Assembly (NCBI RefSeq): GCF_964204645.1
Contig: NC_134033.1
Location: 15,322,655-15,386,654 of the forward strand
Reading direction: 5' to 3'
DNA from: Tubulanus polymorphus
Taxonomy: Eukaryota > Animalia > Nemertea
Length of the DNA stretch: 64,000 nucleotides
Below, piece after piece: positions 36,061 to 48,700 of the stretch. The position numbers and the translations under genes are program-made. Position 1 is the stretch's first letter. Every line of letters begins with the position of its first letter. The notes beneath the pieces are model-generated. The model saw only the letters and a list, made by a program, of their open reading frames with translations, searched no databases and had not been told where the DNA came from.

Positions 36061-37433
36061 GGAAACAGATTTCACTTCATCTAATGGTCATGAAAATGTA
36101 ATCCGGACAATTGTTAATTTGTTACCAGATTATACACGTAACTAAGATGGACTAAGAAATGTCCGTGATTTCCTTTATATGCAAATGTTCCTCTAGTGTT
36201 CCCAACCTGCAGAAGTTTCATGAAAGAGTTGAAGTTAGATTCACATTTTGATACAAAAAAAAAATTAAATTTGATTGATTCTTCACCCAATATGAAGAAT
36301 GATATTTTATTAAGACCATCCTTCTCGTCACATGGGTTATTCGTACGGCGTGTGAATGATCATAGATTTTTTTGCCTTCTAGAGCATCTGTTTTCTGTCT
36401 GGCATACGGCTTATTCAAGCTTTACTCTAGATATCAGCACGAAAAATTCAACCTGCAAAAATTTTCCTGCGTTGCACAAAAACAACATTTACATAATAAA
36501 AGAACGTTATGCATCGATACAGGATCTGTTTTCAAAAACGATTGACAAACGCCATAGAATAACGGATTTTCAAAGATCCCAGAGCACGGGTCAATGGTAA
36601 GCGTGGGTTCCAACTTTATATGCGATAGCAATACATTGACTAGTTGCCATTTTGTAAAGGCATAAAATTCCAGAAGGATGATTAGGTTTTTCTGAGTTTT
36701 TACTGAGCTAATTTCAGATCTTTTTATGTTCTTCTTTTCGTTAATCGTAGATCGATTAGTCCCTTCTGAGAATTAAATAGCCTACATGCACATCTTCGGA
36801 ATCAGGTACGGTGGTTGTGTTAATAGATGGAGCATTTGAAAACCAGTCACCATACCTGACTGGTCAACTCACTGACTAGTGGTCTAATACAACACAAACT
36901 CCAAAACCACGAATTTCACTTCAGCTCAGAAGTGTAGAGTTTAGAATTCACGGTTATGAATCAGGAGTTCCAAGGTTCGAATCCCTGTAATGCCCATGGT
37001 TAGGTTTGAATATATATTTTTTTTCTCTAGGTACTGTACATAGAAAGATACATTATCTTCTATATGAATAGATATCCTTTCGTGAATTTTGCCGTGGGAA
37101 TTCTAGGTTACGGGCTAGCAACCGCATCACTTCCACATCCATGCGGGCAATCATCTTAGTTGATATTTCACGAGCCCAAGTTTTGCACGCAGGAAATATT
37201 CAATACGAAAGAACCGAGAAAAGAAATCTATTTTGAGAAAATAACGTTTCGTTATCCCAATTCCTTCGTTATATCAACGAATCTTGCCGAGATATTTCCA
37301 GATTTCAACCTTTAATATAAATATGCAATGTTCCCTAATAAAAAGTACATGAGCATGATCCACATGAATTTCTGATGAAAATACGTTATAATTTGAAAAT
37401 GTGTATTTTTTAACAAACATTCCCCTATAGTGA

Positions 37434-37447
37434 CCACTAGGGGGCGC
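37434..37447 (+). promoter_or_regulatory. CTCF consensus motif within the GPCR cluster
   Basis: CCACTAGGGGGCGC is a perfect match to the bilaterian CTCF core consensus. Confidence 0.5.
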
Positions 37448-37875
37448 TGGTGGTGAGGTACCGAGATTGCCATGGTTTTTGAAGAGCCCAGATACTCTAA
37501 CAACAGAAAATAAACGTTGCCAAAAATTAACATGAAGTGTAAGTCAAACAGGTTAGGCTCCCAGACCATCTTGAATTCACCAATTAGTCCAACACTTTGA
37601 GAGAAGTTAGGAACTGAATATCATCCTGGCATCCATTGAGACTGTATTAGGCCAAGGAAAGGAAAATGCAAGATTGACTTTCAAAATCCCAGTCGTTTTC
37701 ACTGTTATCAGTTAAAAATGTAATTCGCATTAACTGACTCCCAATGAGGACGTACATTCAAGACGATATACAAGAAAACAACTACAATGTAATGAAAATC
37801 AAAAGTTCATGTCCTTTGATGCTCAATCCCTTATCTAAACAATGAGACTGAATGAACGAACGAACGAATGTATAT

Positions 37876-38428
37876 GACATGAACGAAATACAAGGATTCA
37901 ATTGGAAAATATGGGGCAATAATCCAACAATACGATCCCAGCTGGTACCAAAAAAACATGGCACCTGAAAACTGTAAAAATGCTAATCAAATCAAATTAT
38001 TCTGGTACTGGGTCTTTTTTTCTCACAGGAAATGTAATAATGATGGACTTAAATTACCTAGGAAAAAATTCACCGTCCACCCGCCCGTTGTTTCACTTTG
38101 AAATTCTCGTGTACAGAACATACATTCAGTAGGGCCATTACCTTCATCACATAATATCAAGGTGACCTATTGTCGTACAGGCCACAAACTGGTTTGTACC
38201 AGAACAATCAAAATCCGACGTATTTGGTCAATCTATAGATCGCGCATGAGTGGTCTGTGTAAGGTTTGTTTGCCGTCTCGATCTGATCATGATCTCACAG
38301 ACTATGGTCACATAAAATGATATAACCACATCACAGGAGGTGACACGACCACAATTTTGGGTTTAAACACATTTTGTTTGTGAGAATTACAATAATATCA
38401 CAAGAATCTTATTTGTGTGTTTCCATGC
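37876..38428 (+). repeat. Duplicated block, copy 1 (about 550 bp)
   Basis: Near-identical to 40985-41609. Confidence 0.92.
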
Positions 38429-38822
38429 CATATATCATAAAAGGAGTGAGAACTAGAGTATATCAGTACAGGTATATTCGATATTGGTCACGTAGATTTG
38501 TTTCCACACCTCAAATGTCATCACAGAAACACGACTTCATTCATAAAATAAGAATTCTGGGTCGCGAATAGCAATGTGTATAAATTCAAATCTAAAAACT
38601 GCTCTGAATTTCAATATGAAGCTTTGGTTTATTTTGATTTTTAGTAACTCTCAGAGCGACTCGTGTGAGTAGTAATTCCAACAGAGCGTGTGAAATGTTG
38701 AGATGCTGATTATATAGTGTTCCGTGAAGGAAGCATTTTGAAATGGTGGTTCTGCAGTAACACACAATTCGAGAGAAGCGGTTACAACACAGATTGTCGT
38801 ATCAAACAGTTCTGTTCTTGTC

Positions 38823-39991
38823 ATGGATAATTTAACCACTATCACCACTACAACTCGTAGAATATACCGCACTGCTGTGAAGACACCGGATTATATTAGG
38901 CTTTCAGAACATTTACCAACTTCATTTATAAATATAACAGACTCTTCAAATATGTTTTCTTGCTTCCGTCGGGAAGTGTGTTTAACTTTCTGACAATAAT
39001 TTTGCTGATAAAGTGTCGCAGATATCAGTCAGTTCGTTTCACGTTCCCTTATCTCATAACTCTGGCGGTTTCAGATCAACTTGTCGTCTTGTTTCAGTTA
39101 CGGCAATTCCCTGAATATTTGAAAAAATTGGTAGTTTATCATCTTGGACTTTATAGAGAATGTCGCGCTACTTATCTGACATTCGCTAAACACAGTAAAC
39201 TATGTCCATCACTTTACTATTTCTATTACTATTTCCTCTATCTGCCCAGACGATTGTTTCCTTTGTGTATATTTTCAAACCTGTTTTATGACCAGTCAAT
39301 ATCTGTATCAAACTACATAGTTGTAGTGATTGCTATCGAGAGATTTGTTTCTATTCGTTTTCCTTTCTTTCATATGAAACATTTCACCGTCACTCGGCGT
39401 AAAATTGCAGTAATTTTTGTCATCGTCTGGGCGTATTTTATGAACTTGGAAACAGTCATCATATACAGTGTAAAACTCCGCAAATTTCGTAGATTCAATG
39501 AAACATATGATAGTTTTTCTTGTAGAAATTCGCTCAACCGTTTGAGTTTTTCCCAAATCTCACAGATACAATCTGTAAAAACATTTTTACAAGATATATT
39601 TCCTTCTTTAATGATTATAATATTATCAGTGTTAACTGCTTCATCACGCAATAAGAGATCTGAGCTGAGAGCGAAGAGAACAAATCGTCATCAATCTTCA
39701 GCCAGTAAAACTCTTCTAGTTGTAGTTATTGTGTATATTTCACTAGTTTTCCCACAAGCTGCAGTTGAATGCATCTACCACGTGATGTTCGTCATTAAAA
39801 GAAATCATGGTATAATTTTCAATCACAGTTCAACAAATCCTCATTTACAATTCTTTCTCGGCACTTTATGGTTCGAGTTAGAAAGATTCCTACTAACATT
39901 CCGACAATTTGTGTTTTGCATTAATTTTTTCATTTATATCGGAACATTGAAAGTTTTTAGGAATCAATTAATCAAATTATTTACTTATTGA
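38823..39991 (+). pseudogene. Intronless class A GPCR with an apparent 1-bp frameshift near the N-terminus (pseudogene or assembly indel)
   Basis: ATG 38823 gives MDNLTTITTT...PDYIR in one frame. The 7TM body (AFRTFTNFIYK...GSVFN, LAVSD, SNYIVVVIAIERFVSIRFP, LVFP, INFFIYIGTLKVFR) is in another frame, which has TAG at 38897-38899 and no ATG before TM1. Restoring one G near 38900 fuses the two frames. Confidence 0.75.
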
Positions 39992-40984
39992 TTTTGTTGT
40001 AAAACGAAATAAACTTGAAACAGAATCTGATGGGTAGATATTCCCCTTAGAGCCCTGGGGCCGGTTCCTCAGTTGAGACTTAAGTCCAAAAATGGCCTTA
40101 AATTTTAAGACTGGTCTTAAGTTGTTAGATTGGCTATAGAACTAAGATGGTCTTGAATTGGTCTTAAGTCTAAGCCACGACTATGGAACTGGGCCCTGAT
40201 ATCGTCTGAAGTATTGATTTGTCAAACCTATGGACTCTGGTTGCTAATGACAGCGGGCTTAATATTCCTCATGAGGATCTCTCTTATGTTATTATTAATG
40301 TGGGGATCCCACAAAGTTTCTGAATTTACGAGTGAAAAATCAATATGAACGATTTATACTAAAATTTGAAGATACGGAATATTTTCGCGAGTTTTTAAAG
40401 GATCGGGATAAAGTTAGTTATGAAATTTTGAAAACAGTTTAGTGCAACAATAACTAGATACTGGAAATATAACATTTTTCTCCAAGGAGTTCTGTGCTTA
40501 TCAAGATTGACTCTGTTTGATCCAACGATCAATTGTGTAATCTATATGATCGCTATATTAAACATTTCAGGAAAACTGCAACCGCCATTTTATGTTCAAA
40601 ATCATCTCCGTTATTGTTTTCTCGGAGTCCTCATAATTCCGGTAGATGTCGTTGATGTCGTCGAGCAAAGTAACGCACAACGATAAACGGTAATTGATAA
40701 GCGATAATTGATATTTGATAAGTGATAAATAAGCGGTAAGCGATAAAACGTCCAGGAGACAATGAAAGAAAAATCCCGAATTTTCAAATACAATTAATTA
40801 CTTTTTCATCCTCGATTTTTTATTCAAAAATATTCTGATTTCGTAAGCAGGAAATTTATACGATTATACAATTTATTGTTTGGACTGACTATGATTATTA
40901 TGTAACAACTATCGTGGTTACAATCTCTGTATTTGTATTTGATCGATATTTTCACTTTGTTTCTATCTTCATCCAATCCAGAGA

Positions 40985-41609
40985 GACATGAACGAAATAC
41001 AAGGATTCAATTGGAAAATAATTGGGGCAATAATCCAACAATACGATCTCAGCTGGTACCACAAAAACATGGCACCTGAAAACTGTAAAAATGCTAATCA
41101 AATCAAATTATTCTGGTACTGGGTCTTTTTTCTCATAGGAAATGTAATAATGATGGACTTAAATTACCTAGGAAAAAATTCACCGTCTACCCGCCCGTTG
41201 TTTCATTTTGAAATTCTCGTGTACAGAACAGACATTCAGTAGGGCCATTACCTTCATCACATAATATCAACGTGACCTATTGTCGTACAGGCCACAAACT
41301 GGTTTGTACCAGAACAATCAAAATCCGGCGTATTTGGTCAATCTATAGATCGCGCATGAGTGGTCTGTGTAAGGTTTGTTTGCCGTCTCGATCTGATCAT
41401 GATCTCACAGACTGTGGTCACATAAAATGATATAACCTCATCACAGGAGGTGACACAACCACAATTTTGGGTTTAAACACATTTTGTTTGTGAGAATTAC
41501 AACTATTTTACCGTCAAACCATTTCGATCAAGTGGAATTTAAGTGTCAAAATGGACTTACCGAACCGTTTGAGTAATATCACAAGAATCTTATTTGTGTG
41601 TTTCCATGC
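40985..41609 (+). repeat. Duplicated block, copy 2, with about 70 bp of extra sequence
   Basis: Near-identical to 37876-38428 except for an extra segment at about 41503-41573. Confidence 0.92.
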
Positions 41610-42173
41610 GAGATAATACACTAGTATGCTAAATAAAGATTCGATCCATATATTCATCCGCCGTAATGTATCTATAATTTGTTGCAAGCTCGAACAGAAA
41701 TAAAAGATAAAATTAAACAATTGTCTGTGATGCGTTTTAATCTGAAACTATCCGACAGGGAGACACGTCGCAATTTTCAGTCGCGTATGAAATTCATAGT
41801 CGCGCACTTTCAACCCCTTTTTGCTCTTCACCTTTAACGAAATATCCTCGCCTACAACTCTATTAGATATGGTTCTGCGCGATTAAGTAATTTCAGAATT
41901 AACTATTCGTATCTATTTCGCTCGTTAACGCTCTGAACTCGAGCGAGAGCGTAATTGGTAATCGAAACTCTTCATGAAAAATACTATGAAGTGTTTGACA
42001 TTGACAACTCAAGAACTGCAGTATTTGAATTCATGATTTGACTATGCGCTGTCAGGAGGTCCGACATTTGTTGATACATAACTTCTTGCTGGGAGATCTA
42101 AAGCTTTGGAGGTTTTAAACCGATTGTTTCTCTCTGTGAACAACCAGCGACTCTGTGATGTGTACAGACTGAA

Positions 42174-43290
42174 ATGACGGCTTCAGAGAATGTATCGGTT
42201 GGCGCTCAGGTTCGCGACCTCAACGGATCGGACCTGACGACCACCACCACTGAGAGGACGGGGTTTAAACCTCATTCGCGGTGTAAATTCATCCATCACG
42301 CCGATTACAAACCGTTTCACGTGAACCTTTTATTACAAACAACAACTTACGTTATTTTTACCTTTGCAGTTCTTGGTATCAGCGCGAATTTACTGTCATT
42401 TATCATTCTCAGCAAAGAACGTTCAAACAACACTAGTATATTCTATTTGAGGTGTTTAGCTGTTGCGGACATGTTTATTTGTGTGTCATATCGTATTTGA
42501 CTTTCAGTATCGGCTCTACAGTCACACGCTGTTACTGGACATGACCGCTGAAATAAACCACGTTATGAAGCGCTTGTATTCTTACACTAAAAATATTGGG
42601 GCTTTGTTTTCTAGTATCAGTGATCTGATAACATTGTTAATAGCTATAGACAGATATATCGTTGTTTGTTGGCCTCTAAAAGCAGTGAGGCTTATAAGCA
42701 TGAAGAAAAGTTATATCTTGGTCACTTAGATTGTTATATTTTCTACTTGCACTTTGACTACCAACTTTTTCTTATACTATACTCGTCGTTCCATCAACCC
42801 GTGCACCGGACACGAGAGATGGACTCAGAAATTTACTTCATTCGGTAAAAACATATATCTAAGGTACTACATCGCTTTTTTCCGAGCCCCTATTTTCGTT
42901 TTCCTGCCGACAGTGATAGTCGTTCTGATAACTATCCGATTGATTTTCACGTTGAGACGCGCAGGAGCAGCGAGAAAAACAATGTCCACAAATAATCAAA
43001 CTTCTAACAGCAGCAGCAGCAGCAGCAGTGACCGCAGTTTAACTCTGACGTTGATCCTTATTTCGTGTTTTTTTCTGGTGAAAAATGCCTTTAACATGAG
43101 AGGGGCGATTCTGAATCTCATTTTGACCCTGGACGGTAAAATCGGCCGCGGTTCGATGGCGACGATCATGGTCGCGTTTCTCGACATCGCCACGATGGTC
43201 GTCGCGTCTTGTAACTTTATCATTTATTGCGCTTCGAGGCGTCGCTTTCGAAATCAACTGAGAGCGATGTTTTCGACGACGAAGAAATAA
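42174..43290 (+). pseudogene. GPCR pseudogene (FMRFamide-receptor-like) with one frameshift and one nonsense codon
   Basis: GISANL and YLRCLAVAD are in the first frame. After a frameshift near 42495 comes IAIDRYIVVCWPL, then an in-frame TAG at 42727-42729 at the TM4 Trp position (LVT*IVIFS). The same frame continues with FLP, CFFLVK and SCNFIIYCASRRRFR to the stop at 43290. Confidence 0.88.
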
Positions 43291-44882
43291 AACATGAGGA
43301 GATCGTGACGAACGAAAAATGTCGTAATATTGCTTATTTGCTATGAGACAAAAATACTTGTTTATGCCTGGTGTAATGATGCGGTCATTGTCACATAATA
43401 CGTAGTAACATTTCTATCCTGGTTGCGTTTAAATAAGTTAGAACAATTTCATATTCATAAATCCAATCGTTTATATCAAATTCCGCAGTAAGGCCCACAG
43501 AAATGTATTATTCTATATTGGACAACTTCAAATGCAGAATTCCAGTTATCAATATTTGATTTAGTTGAAATTATACCAAATAAGGTCAAAATCTAAATGT
43601 CATCTCGGATGATGAATCGATATGAATTGACCAGATTTTAAAAGCAAGAAGATAATTTGACAGAGCTTGGGAGAGTATATGGAAGAACCTTACAAACCTT
43701 TGCAGAATTCAGAAGCAGCTGTCTGGTGGGGAATTAAGCTGCAGTGCTCGAAAGGAGATAAATATGCTGAAATCTCAAACGATACTGATATATTCTAATT
43801 GGTGTCTTGTCATTGGATTACTTTACTGGTTTGATCAGTGATTCTTGAAGTTCATCGAAAAGGTTCGATGTTACACTGGAGTCAGACCAGGGCAACGGAA
43901 ACAGATATTCAACATTGATCAGCCAAGAAGAATCAAGCAACAACTCCAGCAGATAGTAGCACAATTCGGAAGCAGCAATGTCGAAAATGGGCAGTGATTT
44001 CTTAGCAACAAAACTGACAACACTTCTACTAGCTACTGCGAATTACTTCTATTACGAGTAGAGCCGTACAACGATCTTAGATCGCGATCATGACTCAGAC
44101 TGTTTGAACACTGCTTTGTCGAACAATTTCCTATAAAAGAATACAACGTTGTACCAAAACCTCAGCGACTGAGATGCCAGTTAGCGAGAACTATAACTGT
44201 CTATTACGATCCTCAGAAGATGAGATCCACCTGTCACAGTTGAAGATATGGCCACAAAGTCTGCTGGGAGAAAGTTTCCAGTAACAACCATACCTACGCG
44301 AATTGCCTTCGCTGTCTGACGACTGTGGTTATAAATTATTACAATTCAGCCGAAAGTAATATTGCACTATTTCATTTAAAAAAAAAACGTTTATCAAAGC
44401 ATTTCATGAAAATAAGATGATAAATTGCAAAATCTGTTTTAACGTGGCGTTAAAACGAAAAACCGGTCACGTCTATTCTAGTTTGATATTAATAGAAAAA
44501 ATTGCTTGCACTTCCTGGCATCAGTAGAGCATTTAAACGACTGTTAGACATCCCCGATTCCGAGTTACAAACTCGGAATTAACCTCCAAAAATCGCATTG
44601 AACCGAGAAAATTAGTTTATTCCGAGTTACAAACCTCAGATGTGTTTATAATACGACCAGTAGAATTCGTGCCGTCAGATTGAGCCGTCGATTCAACTGT
44701 ATACTCGGAAGGATTGCCAAGGAATCTTTTTTCACAAGCAAAGAAAAGCGACTTCATTGACTTCAGTCTTTTATAGAAATCGAGTTTATGCCGGACGTTT
44801 CAGAATAATGCAGATTTTCAAAAATAAGATCACAAGGTTCAACAACACGATCATATCTAAGATAAAAAGCCCTAACTAATAA

Positions 44883-45003
44883 CACTAGAGATCATCGTCA
44901 GGTGTGACGATGATCTCTAGTGACACACCTAACGATGATCTCCAGTGTGAGATCGAAAAGTCGTGTTCTTATATTTTAGATTGTTTCAATAAATTAATTC
45001 TCG
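44883..45003. mobile_element. PLE terminal-repeat fragment with a perfect 18-bp hairpin and a degenerate hammerhead
   Basis: cactagagatcatcgtca-ggtg-tgacgatgatctctagtg is followed by acac-ctaacga-tgatctccagtgtgagatc-gaaaagtc-gtgt. The same family occurs reverse-complemented at about 23848-23908. Confidence 0.6.
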
Positions 45004-45618
45004 ATTTTAGATTTATTTTAATTTGTAAATAGTTGGTTTTTATCTCATAATCTGTTCACCCGACGTTTGAGTGTGGTTATCGTACCATAACTGACAGCGT
45101 TATTGCTAGTCACGTAGATAGCTGAGCAAAAACTGCAGAAAACAGATGTAAATCCATTTGCATATGGGCACGCTGTATAGATCCCTGGGAAATAGCTGGT
45201 TCTCCTATTTATCAGAATTAAGACATGTGCAGCTCGCTGTCCGCGTCGGTTCGGTGTCTGAAAGCTGTTTGCAGCCAGGGACTCCCCGGCCATCAAATTA
45301 CCATCAAGCTCAGTATAGAAAATACATCAGGCGAAAAGAATGATACCTTGTTTCTCCTAATCGGTCCGGTCACTTTTGTAAACTGCCATACTTTGTGATC
45401 AGTTTCAACAACAGCCCGGGTCTATAATTTTTAGCTTGGTCGTGATTCAAAAATGTTATGTACTCGTTATAGATAGGCGGCCGGCCGGGTCAACCTCAGC
45501 AGAAAATAGCAACAAGGTATCAAATGTTTAGCCTATCGTTAATGAATAGATATTGACACCTTGTTTCTCCCGATTGGCCGGGTCACTTTTGTAAACTGCA
45601 ATAAAATTTGTAATCAGG

Positions 45619-45725
45619 GTCCAGTTTCACAAAAAAGGATTAAGGCCTAAATCGATTTAAGATAAACTGAATTAATGAAGAAATCAAATCGATTTAAGAG
45701 TTAAACTTTTTTGTGAAACTGGGCC
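45619..45725. mobile_element. MITE nested inside a Harbinger-like MITE
   Basis: cag|ggtccagtttcacaaaaaag...ctttttttgtgaaactgggcc|cag. The host element resumes after the insertion. Confidence 0.75.
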
Positions 45726-48700
45726 CAGTTCATTTCTATAACTGCCCCCGGGTCTGTTATTGTTAGCTTGATCGCGATTGTTTAAAAAAGTAATGTACAG
45801 GGTAGATAGGCGGCCGGCCTGGAAAACGTTTAAGCTCAGCAAAGCGGAGAAACAAGGTATCGACTTATAGTAGCCTCAACAGATACTTTTTTTTCTTTTT
45901 CCGCATGTCGACGACTATTATTCGTTCTACATTTTAGCGGCGAAAATTCCACGAAATATTCCCACCAGTAGAAGTGGCTACTGGAAAGCGAGTCAGAGGA
46001 TCTTTCAACGGAAATATGCGCATATCGCACAGAGATTATTAACTAGAGTTGATGATAATAGTATATTTATAATAACCGCTAGGGTATTTAGCATTCCTGA
46101 ATGACGAACAATCGAAAAGCGCGTGTAGTATCTCATTTTCAATTAACTGGTCGCATTAGTAATTATTATAGGCCGCGCGACGACTCAGTCACAAGGTCAA
46201 CCGTGCCTCGGAACTGTCTCATCTAGTCGTATCCATGGCAACCAGCAGGCGGAAAATGAATGATTTGTCAACATGCTGCAGAGTTTCCACTCTTTATCTC
46301 TAGGTTTTTATTCAGAGACGAAACATTACAATTGACCTAATGGTGCGCGCGCGTGTTTGCGAGGAGAGGGGGTGGGGGTTTAAAACGTTACCTGTGCTCT
46401 CTGTTGGCCTGGTTAGGGTTTTCGTTCGCTGCTCCGACCCCCAACCCTGAACCCCCGCAATAACCTGACGACTGCGTCGCAACTGGCCTCTGTAGAATAA
46501 GTACGACGTTCTCACGATGGTGGTCTTAATAGATTTCAAAGATTCTTATGGCGCGCGATACGCGTACACGTCATTGACACCGCCGCCTGCCACGATGATG
46601 CGTCGAGTTGCGTCATTGAACGTGAAACACACTATAATGCCGTGTGTGAGTGGGAGAGAGATTTACGACAGGCAACTTCGACCATAAAAAACTATTTTAT
46701 TTCGCGCGACGATATGTTGTTTAACCCCGAGTTTTCCGATAAAAGGATTTGATTTTTTCCACTTTCGACGAGGTAAGTTCATAACGGGCGAGCGAAGCCG
46801 AGAAAAATATTTCTTTTAATCATCATCGAATATTTGAAACGCGAGAACAGAAGTGACAAACGTGAGGTGGATAAAACTGAACCTGTATTCTCAGCGATGA
46901 AGGTAATCACGGGTGGCTCCGGGGCACATATGGAAGGGTAGCACCTGATGAACAAGACAACGATTTTGCAAAGATGCACTATGTAACCACGAGTGGCGAG
47001 CGTCGATGGCAGATGTAATTTCCAAGCGTTTGAGCTTCTTTCAATAAAAGAAGAACATATCAGGTGCCGTTGGACGTTCTCAGGTGGTACCAAATTCTTG
47101 ACGCTCCCCCTGGATCCGTGCCTGATAGTGAATGATCCCGCAATGACAATATGTCAACTTATCTGATAGTTTCAATGTTTTAATCTTGATCCAATCTTCA
47201 GAGAAACAGTTATTATAAAAATAAATATGTAAATCATAGTGTATTAATATATCTGAATCGCTTATTGTTTTGGTACTAGAAAAACAATAAGCGACTTGGA
47301 TATATTAATATAAGTAATAGAATATTAACTAACTAATAGATATTTTATTCGTAATTTATTTTATTGTATCTATTTATTTATCATAGTGACATCATAAATG
47401 AATATGAACAAAATGGATAGATTTAGTACCAAAACCTGACTTATAAGTCACTTTAAACTAAATGATTACGTAATACCACAAAAAAAGAATATTTAAAAAA
47501 GAATTATTACCGTTTCTCTAAAGATGGAATTTAGATAAATCCGCATACTGTCAGATGAATCGAGCTTGCCAAATATGATCATGATCATAAGTTGCAAAAT
47601 TTGTTTTAACGGGATATGATTGATACCAACTTACCGCTCATTGTTCTAGAGATGACGTTGTGATTCCTTTTTACGTCCATCCTTTGATAGTTTGTTCGTT
47701 CGATTCGAATTCAACCTGTGAAATTCAGTCGTCAAACTCTGCAAGATTTCATTGTTCGTAAAACTAAATGTTGTATGCTAAAAATTGACTGCATTGATAC
47801 CAAACGCCTCATTATAGAAAAATTAGAACGATATTTGATTTGTTTTGAGGTAGCGGAATAATTTTTTCTGTTGTTCTTAAATGATATGAAATTTTTTCTC
47901 GTGGATGTCGAGGTTTCAGTGAGTCTGATAATGTACAACAGACTCCGCTCAAATATCCAGGGTAGCAAAACGACATACAACTCCATATTGCCCGAACGCA
48001 CGACGCTCTAAGCCTTACGCGCTTCTATATTTTCCGACACAATAATCCATCACGAGCGGGGGTCACATTAGAAAAAAGAAGAAACCATCAATCAATACAA
48101 GAATGAGAATGGATGCCGGTTGCGTTTGCATAAAGGTTTCTTTGGGAAAAATTCTGACATTTTCGGCTTATTCGACTGGCGCTGAATCGAGTAAACAGAA
48201 CAATACATGCGTCCATACAAAATACGCAATCTTAGAAAAATATCTCACCCAGTTTTTTTTCTATCTGTCAGAATAAAACCTTAATAAAATTTTGCGCCGT
48301 TTCCAGAATTCGCGTTCGTTTCGACCAGAATATGCTCTAACTAGTCCGGAATAGCAATATCTGTAAATCTGCGCCCGGTTAAGGTTTTGGTAGGTTTCGA
48401 TTGGTCTTTACCGATTCCGGAATTATCTTCTGGCGCGTTCGTTTCGTCCAGGATACGCTCTACCTATTCCGGGATAGTATTATATGTAACCCTGATAGAA
48501 TCGGCCGGTAGAAGAGTTCGTAATCCAGAAATTTCTTAAAGCGGTATACGCTCAATCGAAACCAGCCAAAATTGACGTATTCAAAAAAGACGTGTTTCTA
48601 TTTTCTTGTGAAAAATATGAACATGCAAAGGAGTAGTTAGTAGTGTGTAATTCGATTTGAATAATGTAGTATCCTCTTGATAGACTCATTGTAGTATTCT

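Noticed and set aside
36920-36995. tRNA-like sequence with B-box GGTTCGAATCCC (also at 51448 and 26829)
   Set aside because: No acceptor or anticodon stems can be formed, so these are SINE-like relics rather than tRNA genes.
43540-44340. Coding-like composition suggesting a decayed transposase or gene
   Set aside because: It has many stops and no identifiable motif by eye; a BLASTX search would be needed.
46690-46780. Strong donor GAG|GTAAGT in a CpG-rich region as an alternative coding first exon of the plakin-like gene
   Set aside because: The frame needed to join exon 2 (phase 2) contains TGA. At most it is a non-coding 5' exon, and this cannot be supported without RNA data.
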